From Trichosphaerium sp. ATCC 40318 (lineage: Eukaryota > Protista > Tubulinea): a DNA stretch of 64,000 nucleotides. The notes under the pieces were generated by a model that searched no databases, was not told where the DNA came from, and worked only from the letters and a program-made list of their open reading frames with translations. A program made the translations under genes and the position numbers. The stretch is from positions 393,299 through 457,298 of the forward strand of contig JALMLS010000268.1 in NCBI GenBank assembly GCA_038496445.1, given 5' to 3'. The stretch's first letter is position 1. Every line of letters starts with the position of its first letter. Of this stretch, positions 39,073-52,659 are shown one piece after another.

Positions 39073-39298
39073 AAAAAAAAAAACCCTGGGAGGATTGCAC
39101 CAGGGCCCTGAAAGAAATGTCGGCAACCTGCGGCACTACGTCACGTTACGTTGTATATACTCTTTTGTAAATATTGTGTAGATATTACCCGCCTGTGTCC
39201 TCAGCGGGCAATTGTTTTGTGCGGTAAACAACAATACAATTTTTGTAATAATAATAATCAGGGAACAAGAAGCTTTTGTAAAAGGCTAGTTTCGCCTT
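39073..39298 (-). ncRNA. Candidate structured small RNA ending in hairpin + oligo(T)
   Basis: GC-rich hairpins in intergenic DNA (CCCTGG/CCAGGG; ATTGCCCGC/GCGGGTAAT), long-range CCCTGA/TCAGGG pairing, and a T-run after the last hairpin. Family not identified. Confidence 0.35.
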
Positions 39299-41436
39299 AT
39301 CTATTATAAATAGGTTTAGTTCTAGAAGATGTGTTCATTTCTAGTTCAGTTTCAATAATGGGCTTTGGGATGTCTAAGAAAAACGACATGTGTGCTTAGT
39401 TTCCGCGTTCCTTCATAATGTTATGTGAATACTCGTTTATTTGGTGCTTTATACAGAAAAACAAACAAAGGAAGAAAATTGTTTCCTTTTTGATTTGAGA
39501 TTGTTAAGAATAGAACACATCCGGATTTTTAACGACCAAAATCCTCCATATGACACCATATTTTCATATACTCTCGTCACCTTGCACCTTTTTTTAGAGT
39601 ATTTCTAATGAGAGACAAAACCGCTTTTTTAAAACTACTGTATTGCTCGTCGTTTGCACTAAGCTTTTTTTAGGTTGTTTATGCGAGTCCATCTGGTGAT
39701 TGTAACTTCGAAACCTCACGCTTTTGCAAGGCAGACAGGCATCAAACTACACAATCACACATCGTTGAACATCCGGTTTGAAAGCGTTCATCAGAAGAGT
39801 AGATACAAGCAAGATGAAGGTTGGTGAACATGTAGTTTTTTGACACAAAGGGATCAGTAGTTCGGAGACTACAAAGGCAAGCACTCGCTGTATATTAGGC
39901 AGCATACTTTACCTATTTTTTTAACAATATTTTTAGGTCATCATCAAAAGACACCTTTCTCTGGAGAGTGGAGTGTCCGTCAACACCAATCATTTTTTTA
40001 TCAAAAAACGAGCCTGTATACCGCCAACCTCGCCATTGGTTTCTAATGACTCAACTATCACGTTGCGGCGCTTTGCAGTTGTTTTTCTCACATACGAACA
40101 CAAGTGTACAAAAAGTTCAAAAATACGACTGGCGTGTATGTAGTCAGCTGGCATACGGCTGTGCCATTATGTCTAGGAGGTTGTCGTCTTATTTTTTTGC
40201 TACTGATGATTGGACGAGTATGCAGTTACGTATCTGAGCCGCAGATGTCTCGTGATACTCATTAGGCAAACATATTCTAAGATTATTGTAGATGTTTGAT
40301 TATTCATCCTAATGGTTCATCAAATAAGCTGGTGCTTACGTCAACGTCATAGACAACGCGCTATATTACTATCTATGCATACAAACTATACTTCATTCAA
40401 GCCAAGCGCCGGAATACGGAGTAGAGCGGACGCAAAGTCGGCAGAAGGATACGATAAGCTTATTCAGACATTGACTATGTCACAAAACCAACAACAAGGT
40501 TATAACCTCGCGCTTTCTTAGACGATGCGAAAATAATACTGAAGGACATTAATGGGTGTAATGGGTATACTGTAACCCCATGCAATACGCTAAACAGTCA
40601 CTTTAAAACAAGCGCGAACACCAACAGTGAACTTTTCAGGCAATCCAACTATATGATGACACTAACGCTACCAAGTAGTTCACAGCCACGAGACAAGGAG
40701 TAAAAGAGTAAGTATTAAACTCCTGTGCGTAAGTTCGTTTTTGTGTAGGTTTCCGTGATAGTATTGGTCGCGACATGAGCTTTGTTGTTCTATGGCAGGA
40801 CAATGAGGTCTTACATAGATAGGAACAAGGGGTATAAAGAAGTGATTTGGTAATGGGCAAATTAATACCCCTAACGTTTTTACGGTCACGTGTTGCGAAT
40901 AGGCACGTTTATATTGTCAGTACCTTTAAGATAATCGAACCGTAAAGCGGGTATATGTTTTTTGTTCACTAACTTCTACATTTGTGATTATGTTGAAAAT
41001 AAAACAAATAAATGCAGGATTACGATTTTACAATCTCCATGTTATTAGTATTTGACAAAATAAAAATGTGGCGTCAGGTCACTTTTTGCAGCAAAAACTC
41101 CGTTTGTTTTGACTTTAAAGTAGTTCTCAGTTATCCTTTTTAATAACGCACTAATTAATTCTAGATACACCTGTCCAAGGTAGGGTGAAGCAATACAACT
41201 CTATTGTATCTACCACAGTCAGACCTAAAATACCAATAAAAAGCTTGTTTATTTTTTATCACGTGATACTAGTAACATCTGGGCTGTCGTTGATACCTAG
41301 TTTCGTCCTTTTGTTTTCACCCGAAATTTTTTTTGCCATTTTTTTTTTTTTTTGTGACCTTAAATTGGGAGGTTGAAAAGAACTCCACGTAGCATTACTG
41401 CAAACGTGCTTTTTTGTTTTTGTTATTGATTTATTT

Positions 41437-44400
41437 TTACAATGGTTGTACAATTTCAACGTTGTTTTCAAACTGATCTCTGAGATCTTTTATGTAATCC
41501 ACAACAGTAACAAAGTCAGGCCGATCTACGCGTTATTAGCAAAAGCAGAAAGTTTGGTCAAAAAAAAAAAAAAAAGTAAAAAATCAACAAAGAATTTTTG
41601 GTACATACCTTCCGCCTGATACTTCCAACACATACGCATAAGTATCACATATGGTTGTGGATAATGATCAGGTATGGTAGGTGTGAATCCATCATCCCTA
41701 CAACAAGGATTGTTACAAAGAAGGAAGACAACACAAGCTTTTTTCAAAATTTACAAGGTTATACTTACCTTATCATGGCCGCCAAATTCATCATATCAGT
41801 CTCATCTTTATGTGGTGTTCCTTGAGACAACATTTCGTATAATACTTGACCATAACTCCAAACCTAACAGGTCACAGTAAGGTCCAAATACAAAAGTTTC
41901 GCCAGTTAAAAAAAAATAGAAAAAAACAAGAAACAGAAAAGCTTAAACGCAGTTTTCAATTTGCAGATAACGTACATCACTCTTTGTTGAGTATTTTAAT
42001 GAAAATGTCTCAGGAGCCATCCAAGCTACTGGACCAAACATTGTTTTGGTCTTACGAACAGCATTAGACTCAACAGAACGACTCATTCCAAAATCACAAA
42101 TAACTGGATTACATCCAGTTCTTAGTAGCACGTTACGTGCTGCAAGATCCCTAAAAATATGCATTAGGTACTGTAGTGCATGGCCTCTTTGGTTGAGTGT
42201 AATTACCTGTGTACAATACCAGCAGTGTGAAGGTGAAGCATACCATTAGCAGTACCAAGAGAGATGTTATAAATCTCCGCTAGATTTAAAGGACGCTCTT
42301 GTAGGAGCGTTTCTAAACTACCTATAAAAAAAATTTAAGGTTTAGTATATTTGATTATACGATTACAAATCGAGACATCGAAGACCTCCGGAGTAGCGTT
42401 TTCCAAACTTCTAAAATAATAATAAAACGAAACACTTGCCTCTCTCAATGTACTCCATGACTAGTACTGGCATTGTATCTTGTATTGATATCCCGTATAT
42501 TGTTAATACATTTGGATTAGGTTCCAGAGAGCTTAAAACAAGCGCAGTTAGGAGTAGAAGAGAGAAAAAGGTAGAAAGACGTACAGAAAAGTTTCTACTT
42601 CACGCAAAAACTGAAAAATCTCGCTCTGTTCGATTGATTTCTGCACGTGCCGTCAGGGGAGTTCGTTTATTACCAATTGATAAATTAGAAAAGTGACGTA
42701 CTATTGTTTTAATACCCACATTACCACCGCGCCATTTTCCGGAGTAGACGTAGTTACCGAGGGAGCCTGTTTTGTACGTTATGATAAGGCAAAAAAAAAG
42801 GGTTGGTTTACAACAAGGCAGTTTACCTTCTCCTACAAGCGTTCCATATTCTAACTCTGTATGTGATATAAGCCTAGGCGCTGATCCTAGGTTCTGTGTC
42901 GATGCTTCGCTTACCTAAAAATCGGTGTTATAGAGGAGGATAAACAGTTAGATTTCTACATACACTGGACCCAACAGTGCGTGTCGTTTGGTTAGGTAGA
43001 GAACCTTGAGAGTTGTCTTCATTTGGAAGTAATTGGGGCAAGAATAGTTTGTCTCCGTTACTAGGAGACGAGACAACAGTAGGTATATTCAATGGATTTA
43101 GTTCCAAAATTTCACCTGTGTTTGAAAAAAAAGAAGTTAGCCTAACAACTAGTTTTAAGCGAAAAAACCAAATGACATCATGTTTCGTGCTTAGACTCAC
43201 GTGACTGAGATATAGCCTGAGGTAGAGCCTTCTCTAGTTGTTGTAAATAATCCTTCTGAACACCATCACCCCACAAAGAGATACAAGTCGGCAGAAATTT
43301 CCTGTGTAGATGAGTTACATATGGAGATTGGTCAGCTTGGGAAGCAACGTACGAGGCTTGGCTACCACCTTTTCCTTGTAGCTGAAAATCTGCCCCAGCA
43401 GCGACAAGAAGCGTTAGCATTGCGAAGTAGTCCGTAGCTTCGGAGTGTTCTGGTTTAGGACCTAAACGACAAACGAATTAGGAGGAACAGTTAACCAACG
43501 AGAAATATTTATTGAAATCACAAAAAGTGTAGGGGTTATACCAAAAAAAAGAAAGCACACGACAGGCTCAAAATGAGGAATATATTTTCTGAACTAATTT
43601 AGGGAAAAAAAATTCCAAAACTTTGCCAACGCTTAAACTAATAGCCCGGAAACTCAACAAAATTTTGATTGGTAGGCGCGGGGTGTGGTTGTAATTTATA
43701 AATGAAAGCTTACCGTTTGTTGCCATACGCTCTACCACTTTTGCGATGATAGGTGTTCCATCTCTATAAAATACATTCGGATCAGCACCATATTGTAATA
43801 GAGCCTACAAATGTAAGTATTTTTTTTTTTTTTGTACTTTGCTTTTTTGGACCTTCAACGCGTACCTCCACAAAATATTCATCCTTCTCTTTCACAGCTT
43901 GTGCTAATAAATGCTCAGAAACGCCCATGGTATTCTAAACAGTAAACATAAGCAAGAAATAATTTACGACAGTAGTTTTAATTGGGGAACAAACAAAAAT
44001 AAAAAAAAGAGAGGTTCAATCAATTTCGCTTTCAATTCAGTCTGGTTGCAGTACTGAGCTGCGACAGTATAGAGAATACGTACTACAATCTTTCCATTTG
44101 CGTTTCCATTGCGATCTCTAAGATACATAAGAAGTTTTTGGTAAGTTCCACTCCTAACAAACAGTTAGTGACACAAAGAAGCAATCGGTTACATACATTC
44201 CGAAACAATAAGACCCTACAGCTGCTTGCTCGTCTGGAGGAGTTTCTTGTCCCCAAGGGCATTGTCTAAGAGGTAGTCTACCTATAATATGCCTGAGGAG
44301 AAGTTCTGTCCATTCCTATGAACGGTTCTTAGCACTCCTGGTTTCCAACATTTTGACAAACGCACGTTTTTATCCTTTCGATTAACTGCTTGAAAATACA

Positions 44401-46279
44401 CAGTACGCTCTCTTCCACTCTCATACAATCTAAACGTGAATCGGCCTGGCTATAATGACGACATTAGACCACTAAAAACAAGGAGAGAAAGAAACCACAA
44501 ACCTCCCAACAACTTGTCACAGCAGTTTTTTGTAACAAAATGATTTCAGGCGCTAGCATGCCAATATTCTAAAAAAGGTATTATAAGTACGTTTTTGAGA
44601 AAGGTGGTAAAATCCTCTACTCACTTTTTCCTTCTTCCAGTACATCAACTGTGCGTTCTTACTATCAAGAACAAAAAAACGTGATTTCATTGCCCCAAGA
44701 ACAAATTTTGGAAAACCATCACGCACAGATAATCTAAGATATCCTTTCCTCTCACAACTACCAGGTAGTGTAACAGGAGAAGCAAGTTTCTTTTCTTCAC
44801 CAGAAACAGAGCGCATCATCGCCTTTATATTAAACTTCTTCCTAGTACTTTGACTTCTTTGATCGTGGTTTCTTGGAGGTAATGAAGACTGTGGTGCTGT
44901 TGTAGATCCTCCACCTACTGATCCTGATCTAGCACGTTCTGTAGAACCAATAGATGCCATAGACTTTTCTGAGGATTTATCAGACTTATCTGAGCGCAGA
45001 CGAACATGATCCAAAGATTTCTTAAAGGATTTAAAAAGTGACCGCGGTTTCTTGTTCCCTTGTGCGCCACCAGCATCACCGTTAGTATTTTGACTAAAAG
45101 AAGCTGTTTTTGATGGGCTTGCTGGTGTAATACCAGCATTATCCGTTGATGATTTTGCTGAGATTGTCGGGTCTGTTGTAACTTCATTAACTGATATGCT
45201 CTCCTCTTGTGCGTATTTTACTTCTATACCACCAGGCGGTTGGGGTAAAGCAATAGACCTAAAAGGTTCTCTGTTTGGTCTATCATCGCCTGGGATATTG
45301 AGACTTGATTGGCCATGGCCATGGCCTCCCACTGGACGCTCTGGAGTGCATGTACGGCCGAGTGTTGGTCTGGGAGGTCCTGGAAGGCTAGTTGTACTTG
45401 ACGTCTTATTAAGAGATGCTCTCTTTGAAAGTATATGTGGTGGAGACGCTGAACGAGGACCTGAACCCACTACTGTATCGCCAATAACAACAGGTCGAAA
45501 TTTCTGAAATAGAGAGGCTTTTCGAAGATGTGCAGAACTCTCTGGGTTTTTTTTAGCAGGCATAGTTCTATAAGACCTTGATTGTTTTATACCAGGTATT
45601 CTTCTTGGCTCTGGTGGTGTAGTTTCTCCACCATCCTAACATGAAGATTAAATAAATAAATGACACAAAAAGTTCGATAACAAAACACCCAATGACGTCA
45701 AATCTTCAACGAACACTAACCAAAAATGGAAAACGAGGGAAAAAAAAATAATAAACGGAGTTGCAAATAAAACAATTTTTTTGCAGGAACAAACCCCACA
45801 TTTGCGTCACCATCACCTTTTTTTAAAACCATCCAAAAATAAATGCCACAAAAAAAAAAAAAGAAGATTTCGAAATCCAAAAAAAACTTCAACAAATCAG
45901 AGCTCATTAAAACAATACGTACCAATGTGCTAAATGCATCCAACTCTAGTAATAAATCAGCAGCAGCTTTATCACCTCTTGATATATTCATTTGAATCAT
46001 CTCCTTTTTGTGTCCTTTTGATGCTTTAGGTCGCTTTGGGATTTTTGGAAAACTGCGTTTCTTTTTGCCACCGTTCTTTCTGTTGTTGTATTTTGTTTGT
46101 CCTTTCCTTGGAGCGTATTTTAATGATCCATGAGATACGCTTTTACGGTTATAGTGAAACTTAGGTGGCCCACGCTTCTTGACAGCGCTCAGTTTTGATA
46201 GTAGTTCAGTAGAGTTGCTTCCAGGGTATTTTTTGTGTGGCGCTTTCTTGGATGTATTATTTGAGCGTTTCAGGTGCAT
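41437..46279 (-). CDS. Large tyrosine-kinase-like protein kinase: low-complexity N-terminus, PH domain, ankyrin-like repeats, C-terminal kinase
   Basis: PH: ERKGYL..KSRFFVLD..LMYWK. Ankyrin-like: LLQYGADPN, LLVAAGAD. Kinase: VGEG, HRDLAARN, DFG, GPVAWMAPE, SDVWSYG, CW..DRP. Start uncertain. Confidence 0.85.
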
Positions 46280-47189
46280 TGGCAGCTTACGGCCGGAATT
46301 TGGATGAAAGTCAAGCAAGTTTGAGTTGAGTGTTCCTACTTGTTGTTTATAATGTACTGTACTGACACCCTGTTTCTATGGTTAGTATAGCCAATTGCTC
46401 AAAAAACGACCAATTTTGTAACCATTGATTGTTCGCAAGTTTAAGCATATAATACATACGTTGGTAGTGCATTTAACGAATACAAACGAACCAGCGGGTA
46501 TAACAAAATCTTTAACGCCCTAACGCGTATTGTCAGACTAAATGACGCAGTAGTAACGTACATGTGCTGTCACATCAAGGTTAACGCGTGCCTTACCTCG
46601 TACAGCCGGTGCAGACATTTATACTACAATCATACAACTTACGCTATGAGGAGTTCGCAATATGAAACGTGCGAGCGTTGTAGAGACACCAATAAGACTT
46701 CTAATCTTGGGACGAAATATTGCGCACTTTATCGTCTAAAATTTTCGTGAGAGCCACATTCCAATACAGAAGCTGCAGTTTTAGTAACAAGTTTCAAGGT
46801 GCGTTATATATCATGATTATGACGCGTTGGTGGCGAAATTTTGCTATAGCCTGTTTTTTCAATCCTTGCAGATGATTGCTGCAAAAACACGGTGAATCGC
46901 TTTCCGTGTTTTGCATTTTATACCCTAAAATTCCTCAATTACGTGCCAGAGCTTGTTTGATCAGCCAAAAGTTTGTCATCAGCATTTATAACCACTAAAA
47001 ATTATTCCCCGTACTCTGTGGGTGCTGTTTTACGCTTTTATAAAACAAATCAACGAACTCGAGGCCATCACGTACAAATCTTTTCTACAAACGAAATTCG
47101 ACGGAACACTGGTGTCGTTTCATTACAATACGCCTTATTTTATATTTTGACGGGTTAGCGGGCTTGTAATTAACCTTTACTAGTTCAAA

Positions 47190-48327
47190 ATGTCAACAAA
47201 AGCAGAAACACCAACCACTGAAGAGACTCCAAAGGCTGAGGAAGTCGCCGAGAAAGTCGAAGCAAAACCAGCTGAAGGCGATGAAGTCACCGTGTACGCA
47301 TGCGTTCGTGTCAAATGCGCCATCTTGGCGCGTAAAGAAAGCGACTCTTTACTTTGGCTACGTGATAAATAATACTCACTCAAATTTAGCGAAGACGCTA
47401 CTGTAGAAGACGCCACCACAACTGAGGCACCTGTACGTTACTTTCAGCGATTTACAAAAATAATAACACTTGTTTTCTACTTCGCAAAATAGTGAAGTCG
47501 TACCAACGCGTTATTCGCGTGTTGTGCGCTGTTGCGCTTTTTTTTACCGTATTTTGGTTGATGTGTTGTCATTTGTCTTATTTTTTCTGTAGAAAGAGCC
47601 AGAAGCACCACCAGTGCGCCCAAAGCGTCAACAATCCCGACAAGAGAAGAAAGTCCGCAAAGCCATGACAAAACTCGGTCTCAAGCCAATCCAAGGAATC
47701 TCCACTGTTGTTATTAAGAGAGGTGACGATGTACGTATATCTAAACGATTTTTAATGATGGTGTTGTGTTATTTCGAAATCTGTGATTTCATTTGCACGT
47801 TTTCTTCGGTTTTTCTTCTTATCTGTGTAATTTTTTTTTTTTTGACACTGTATCTAGATGTTCAACTTCACTTACCCAGATGTTTTCAAACCAAGCGCAA
47901 AGTCTGACACTTTTGTCATCTTTGGACAAGCTAACGCTAAGGAACCACAAGCTCCAGGCCAAGATAGTACGTTTAAATTAGTTTTTTTTTTGTGTCTCTC
48001 CAAAACATTTTGAATAACGGCTTTCGTGTTTTTTTCATTTGTGCTTATGTTGTCTCTAGTGCCAGTACCTAGTGCTGATGGCGATTTGGCTCCTGTTGCC
48101 ACTGATGAGCCTGCTCCTGAAGCTGAAGGCGATGAATACAAAGTCACAGCAAAGGACATCGATATGGTCAAAGAACAAGTACGTTTTAACTTGACATTGT
48201 TGGCTTTTGTGCATTTTATTTATTGGTAATTTAGGTTCCTGATTGTACAGATGAAGCCGCCACAAAAGCGCTTATAGAATCAAAGGGAGATATTATTGGT
48301 GCTATCATGCAAATGACATCCGGTTAA
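47190..48327 (+). CDS. NACA: Nascent polypeptide-associated complex subunit alpha
   Basis: QSRQEKKVRKAMTKLGLKPI, PDVFK..SDTFVIFGQA, C-terminal UBA KDIDMVKEQ..ALIESKGDIIGAIM. Confidence 0.92.
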
Positions 48328-48663
48328 GTCATGCGCCAAAAAAAAGTAAAATAAAGATTTTTTTATCGCATGACGGCTCGTTTGATTATAAAGTGGAAAT
48401 TCGCCCTGGGAACGCACTATATCATGTTTAAGCCAAGTTATTTTTTAAAAGCAAGTACCAATCCTCTAGTAGCTGCGTAGACTTGTTGAAAACGCACGTG
48501 GTGTACGAAAAAGGTACAATTAAGGCTGTGATGATTGTATAAAAAGTAGCAACTAAAATTAAAGTGTCAAGTTATCTCTCGAGCTCAAGGTTATATTTAT
48601 TGGAATTCATTGCGTTTTAGGTTATTACTACAGTATTCTTGCGCTATCTTTCGAAAACAAGTC

Positions 48664-50351
48664 ATGGATTCTCCTCCAGAGGTCATTGACATCTGTTTGG
48701 ATGAATTACCGTTAAATAAAAGTCCACCAGCGCGAAGAATCTATAATATATCTGCAATAGGCATAGACAGCGAAGATACTAGCCCTACATCACCAAAGAC
48801 ATATTTTGATGAAGAACGTAGAGCACGTGTTAGCGTAGTTAAGGAAGACATACAAGACACTTTAAGCGTAGAAGGAGATGAAGTACGCAAAATAAAGCAC
48901 GTTACGTATGAAAACCGCAATTCTCATGAACAAGTCGCTAGCCGGACACTTTTCTCAAGTGGCAAAAATTCGAAATGGAAGCAGGAGATAGGAAGTCGGC
49001 ATCAACGTACACTCTCAACGAAGAGGAACTACGGCAAATAGCAGAGACACTACAAGGTTAGTAAACAACCGCGATATTGGTTACTCATTGCATGTTACAG
49101 AACCCGTAGAATGTATTGATGATGATAGAGAGGCAGAAGGAGAACCATTGGTACATATGCTCAAGGATTTGATGGCAGTGGAATCTTACGCATGTGTATA
49201 GTTTAGCGACAGTAACCTTGTATCTAATGATGTCCCTGGCGATGTGCGGTACAAAATTGTACTCATTGGGGATTCTGGTGTGGGTTAGTGTTTCATCCTT
49301 GTACAAGTTATGATGTAAACAGCATTGCAGGAAAGACGAATTTATTTTCGCGATTGATACATGATATGTACTACAAACACACTCAAGCCACTATCGGTCC
49401 TGCTTTTGGGGTACTCACATACCGGATTAAAGGATTAGTTGTCACTGTGAACATGTGGTACGACTTGTTTTCTGCAGGAAATGTTAGTTACAGTTTTTCT
49501 CATTTTTTTCTACAAGGGACACTGGTACGTGCCACACGCTACTCGTAGTAATAAAAGGACGCGACTACTTACTATTTGCAGCTGGTCAAGAAAGGTATCG
49601 CACTGTTTCTAAACAGTATTATAGGAACGCTGCGGGTGCTTTTATAGTTTACGATGTACGTGAATAGTTATAATTGATTTTGAATCTCAATTTTTTCTTT
49701 TTTTTTTGTAGATTACAAAAAGAGGTACTTTCACAAGACTTGACACGTAAGTGCTATTACTGTTACTAGTTTGTACAATTTTCATTTTAATAACAACAAT
49801 TGAACCGTTGTAGATGGTTAAATGCATTAAATGTTGGCTGTGATGAACCGAGAGTGATCATTATAGGCAACAAGACTGATCTTGAAGTACGTTCTGGAAT
49901 TCTTAAAGCAATCCTCAAGAATCCCCTTAGAGTGAAAGAGAAGTATCGATATCAGAGGGAAAACGATATGCTAAATCAAAAGGAGTTTCCTTTATGGAAA
50001 CATCAGCCAAGACTGCCGAGAATGTAAAAACTGCGTTTCAGCTCCTTACACAAGGTAGACTCTTATTTTTTTTTCAAAGTTTTTGCCGAATATTTGCCAT
50101 AGTCATAGCTTTACTTACGTTTCTTCTACGTTGTAGAGATATTCCAAGAAACAACTAGTGAAGCTATATTAGAGAATGGAGATATAGATGTAGATCAAAT
50201 AGATGGTGAAACTTCACAAGTCATCATAATGCGGTACCAACACATTTCTTTTTTTTTTTTGAGTTCTAATTTTTCTTTTTTTGCTTTGAAAAGTGATCGA
50301 GAAACACATGATGCTACTGTTGAGACTAAGAAAAAAAAATGTTGTTCGTGA
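48664..50351 (+). CDS. Rab-family small GTPase with long N-terminal extension
   Basis: KIVLIGDSGVGKT, WDTAGQERY, YYRNAAGA, GNKTDL, ETSAK; C-terminal KKKKCCS prenylation motif. Confidence 0.9.
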
Positions 50352-50763
50352 AAGATAATACCACTGAGAAAATAAAAACAGAACTAAAAAAGTATCATAA
50401 AGTAGTGTGAACACCACAAAAGGGAAAAAAAGTTGTTGCCATCGAAAAAAAATATGTTTGGTGATTTGATAAAATTAGATTTATGGAAAACGTGAATTTG
50501 AATGTATTTGTCCATCAAATGAGCGTAAACGAGGTTAATAGGAGGAAACAGGATTTTTATTTACATTATGAATGAATTTCTGCTAATTTACAGAAAAATG
50601 TCATCTGTACAAGTTGTCATCGTTAAAAGCTATGATAGAACAGCTAGAAACGTATTTTTGTTTGTTTTTTTGTGTGTGAGGCAAGGTAGAAACGGTTTTG
50701 ACGTGGTTGATTGATTTTTCGTTTGGTTTTTGTTTTTGTTGACTTTCTCGTTTCCAAGGCGTT

Positions 50764-51424
50764 CTAATGGTCATTGAGATGAGTTCTCTCGAATGAATTT
50801 GTTGTATGATACATCGCCCTGTCGAAATTGTTGTTTTTTATGTGCGCTTCTGAAAGTCTTGAGTTGAGAGTGTTCTGTAACGCATGTATCTCCTTTATTT
50901 GTTCTGGTGTACAGTTTTCCAGGCCTTAGCGCGAGTCAGTTACGTATTTTTACCAAAATAAAATTTAAACCCGGTTTCCCTTCCTATGTGTACCTTTGAC
51001 GTATAGTATAGCTTCATTATAACAACGAATGGCTGCTGGAATGTTACCTTGTTTAAAATGAGTGTCGCCTGCGTCCTTTACTATAGTAGCCTCTGAGATC
51101 TTTACTGAAACTAATATAAGCGTCAATACTGTGCGTTAAAGTAAAAACGGAGTTACGAGTCTTAATACGTACTTAGTTGTGATGGTTGGTAGCTTCTTGC
51201 GATTTGTTGAATAAGGTTCGTGTAGTCCATTCCGTTAATGTTGCTAACAGCGAGACTAAAGAATCTGTAAAATACTTCGCAAAAAGTCAATGCTGTTATT
51301 CCATTCTCAACTTTTATTTGAAAGCAGTGTTCTATATTCTGTTCTGTATATACAATTACCTTGGTGTAGTATTCAACTGCCTTTGTAACTGTTGAGTCTT
51401 GAATAACTTTACCAGTTTATACAT
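50764..51424 (-). CDS. Small TPR-containing protein
   Basis: Spliced ATIVKDAGDTHFKQGNIPAAIRCYNEAI and NSRLSEAHIKNNNFDRAM TPR-like helices. Confidence 0.6.
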
Positions 51425-51821
51425 GTTCGCTACGACCACATCCTACAATGTACATAAACAAAGAAACTAATACGTAACAGACAAACAAACTCTTAGGTTC
51501 TTTTGTTGCTTGTGGACAACCTAGAACGTTCAGTAGGTACAAGAAGAATAAAGTGGAAAACGCAACACTTCAAGTTTAGAACTACGACCACGAGCAAAGT
51601 ATAATACACTGACTAAGCAAAGCTTATCACATAGCGGCTATGTACATACATCACCTAAGATGTTATTATATTCTCCATTGAGACTCTTCTCCACTTACAG
51701 TCAAGATACTTTTGTACAAGAAGTAGAAGAAGTACTACATGGCCTTTTTTTTGATTGTTTTTGTTGAGTTGTCACGTGATTTCTGACCACTAAGTTGTCA
51801 ATGCCTGTAAAAAAACCCGAT

Positions 51822-51978
51822 AAAGCAAGAAGGAGAAGAAAAAGAATGCTATGAGAATGGTCAACAAAAGGCTCAAGTCTTCTACAAAGATGCCAAGAGA
51901 GAAGGGTTCAGCAAAAGCTTGGTACGACCATATGGTGGTTTAATGTACAAAGCATACTTTAAAAATGGAAAGCAGTAA
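51822..51978 (+). pseudogene. MORN-variant repeat gene remnant
   Basis: KQEGEEKECYENGQQKAQVFYKDAKREG, then frameshifted WY..YKAYFKNGKQ*. Confidence 0.65.
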
Positions 51979-52084
51979 GATTACACAACACATTTTACAC
52001 ACAATCAATTGTGACAAGGAAATTAAACAGAAGCCATTGTGATAGGAACGATGAGAAAACATACTATTTCGAAGATTCTCTGGC

Positions 52085-52539
52085 GTACAAACACCAAGTA
52101 AACAGCGTCATGTATTCACAACAACACATATTTCTTTGGCATTGTAGTGGTGGGCTCTTAAGCCGATAAGACGAAAATTGCACTCGATACCTTATTGGTT
52201 TATGAAAAGTGCGTTTTTAGCAACGAAAGCAAGAAAATAAAAGGAATTTTTAGCTTGTGAGGGAGGATTTATCCTTTTTTTTTAAGCTAGTATTAGCTAA
52301 AGACCACGCCGATAATATTGTTTTTTTGGCTATTAGCTTATTGCGTTTATTAGTACCATCACCAGTAGCGTGGTTTATCATCGGTGTTATTTCCTACACT
52401 GTCAATCACACATCAAGTGGTTATATGATACTAAGAAAGTACCAAAAATGACAGCAAATACTACATAAAGTCAGTATTCATTCAGAGTGATTAGGGTGGC
52501 CAATCACGGTTGCACGGTAGCACCAGCGCCAAGTTCGAA
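52085..52539. repeat. Dispersed non-coding element upstream of the F-box-LRR gene (inverted relative to the 32740 copy); contains a CCAAT box
   Basis: Homology to 32740-33083; ggccaatcac at ~52498. Confidence 0.85.
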
Positions 52540-52659
52540 AATGGCCAGAAAATGTTTGACCGACAATTGTGTCGTCGAGTTGCAACAAAAATCATTGTGC
52601 ATTCCAACACCACCACTGTACTTTCCCACAACAACGCTGAAGTAAATGTTTCGGCAAAA

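Noticed and set aside
39276-39287. GCCTTTTAC (U5 snRNA loop 1) on the minus strand; CTGAGGA/GAAAC hammerhead-like words nearby
   Set aside because: Flanks do not form the U5 loop-closing stem, and hammerhead stem II cannot form.
39600-40520. Possible spliced gene on plus strand (similar hints at 5750-6120)
   Set aside because: Exon-like pieces are present, but I could not build a consistent frame or recognise a domain.
52497-52540. Resemblance of the element end (GGTTGCACGGTAGC..GCCAAGTTCGAA) to tRNA-Asp, suggesting a SINE head
   Set aside because: Only ~10 nt of exact identity, no cloverleaf and no tail; chance plus a CCAAT box explains it equally well.
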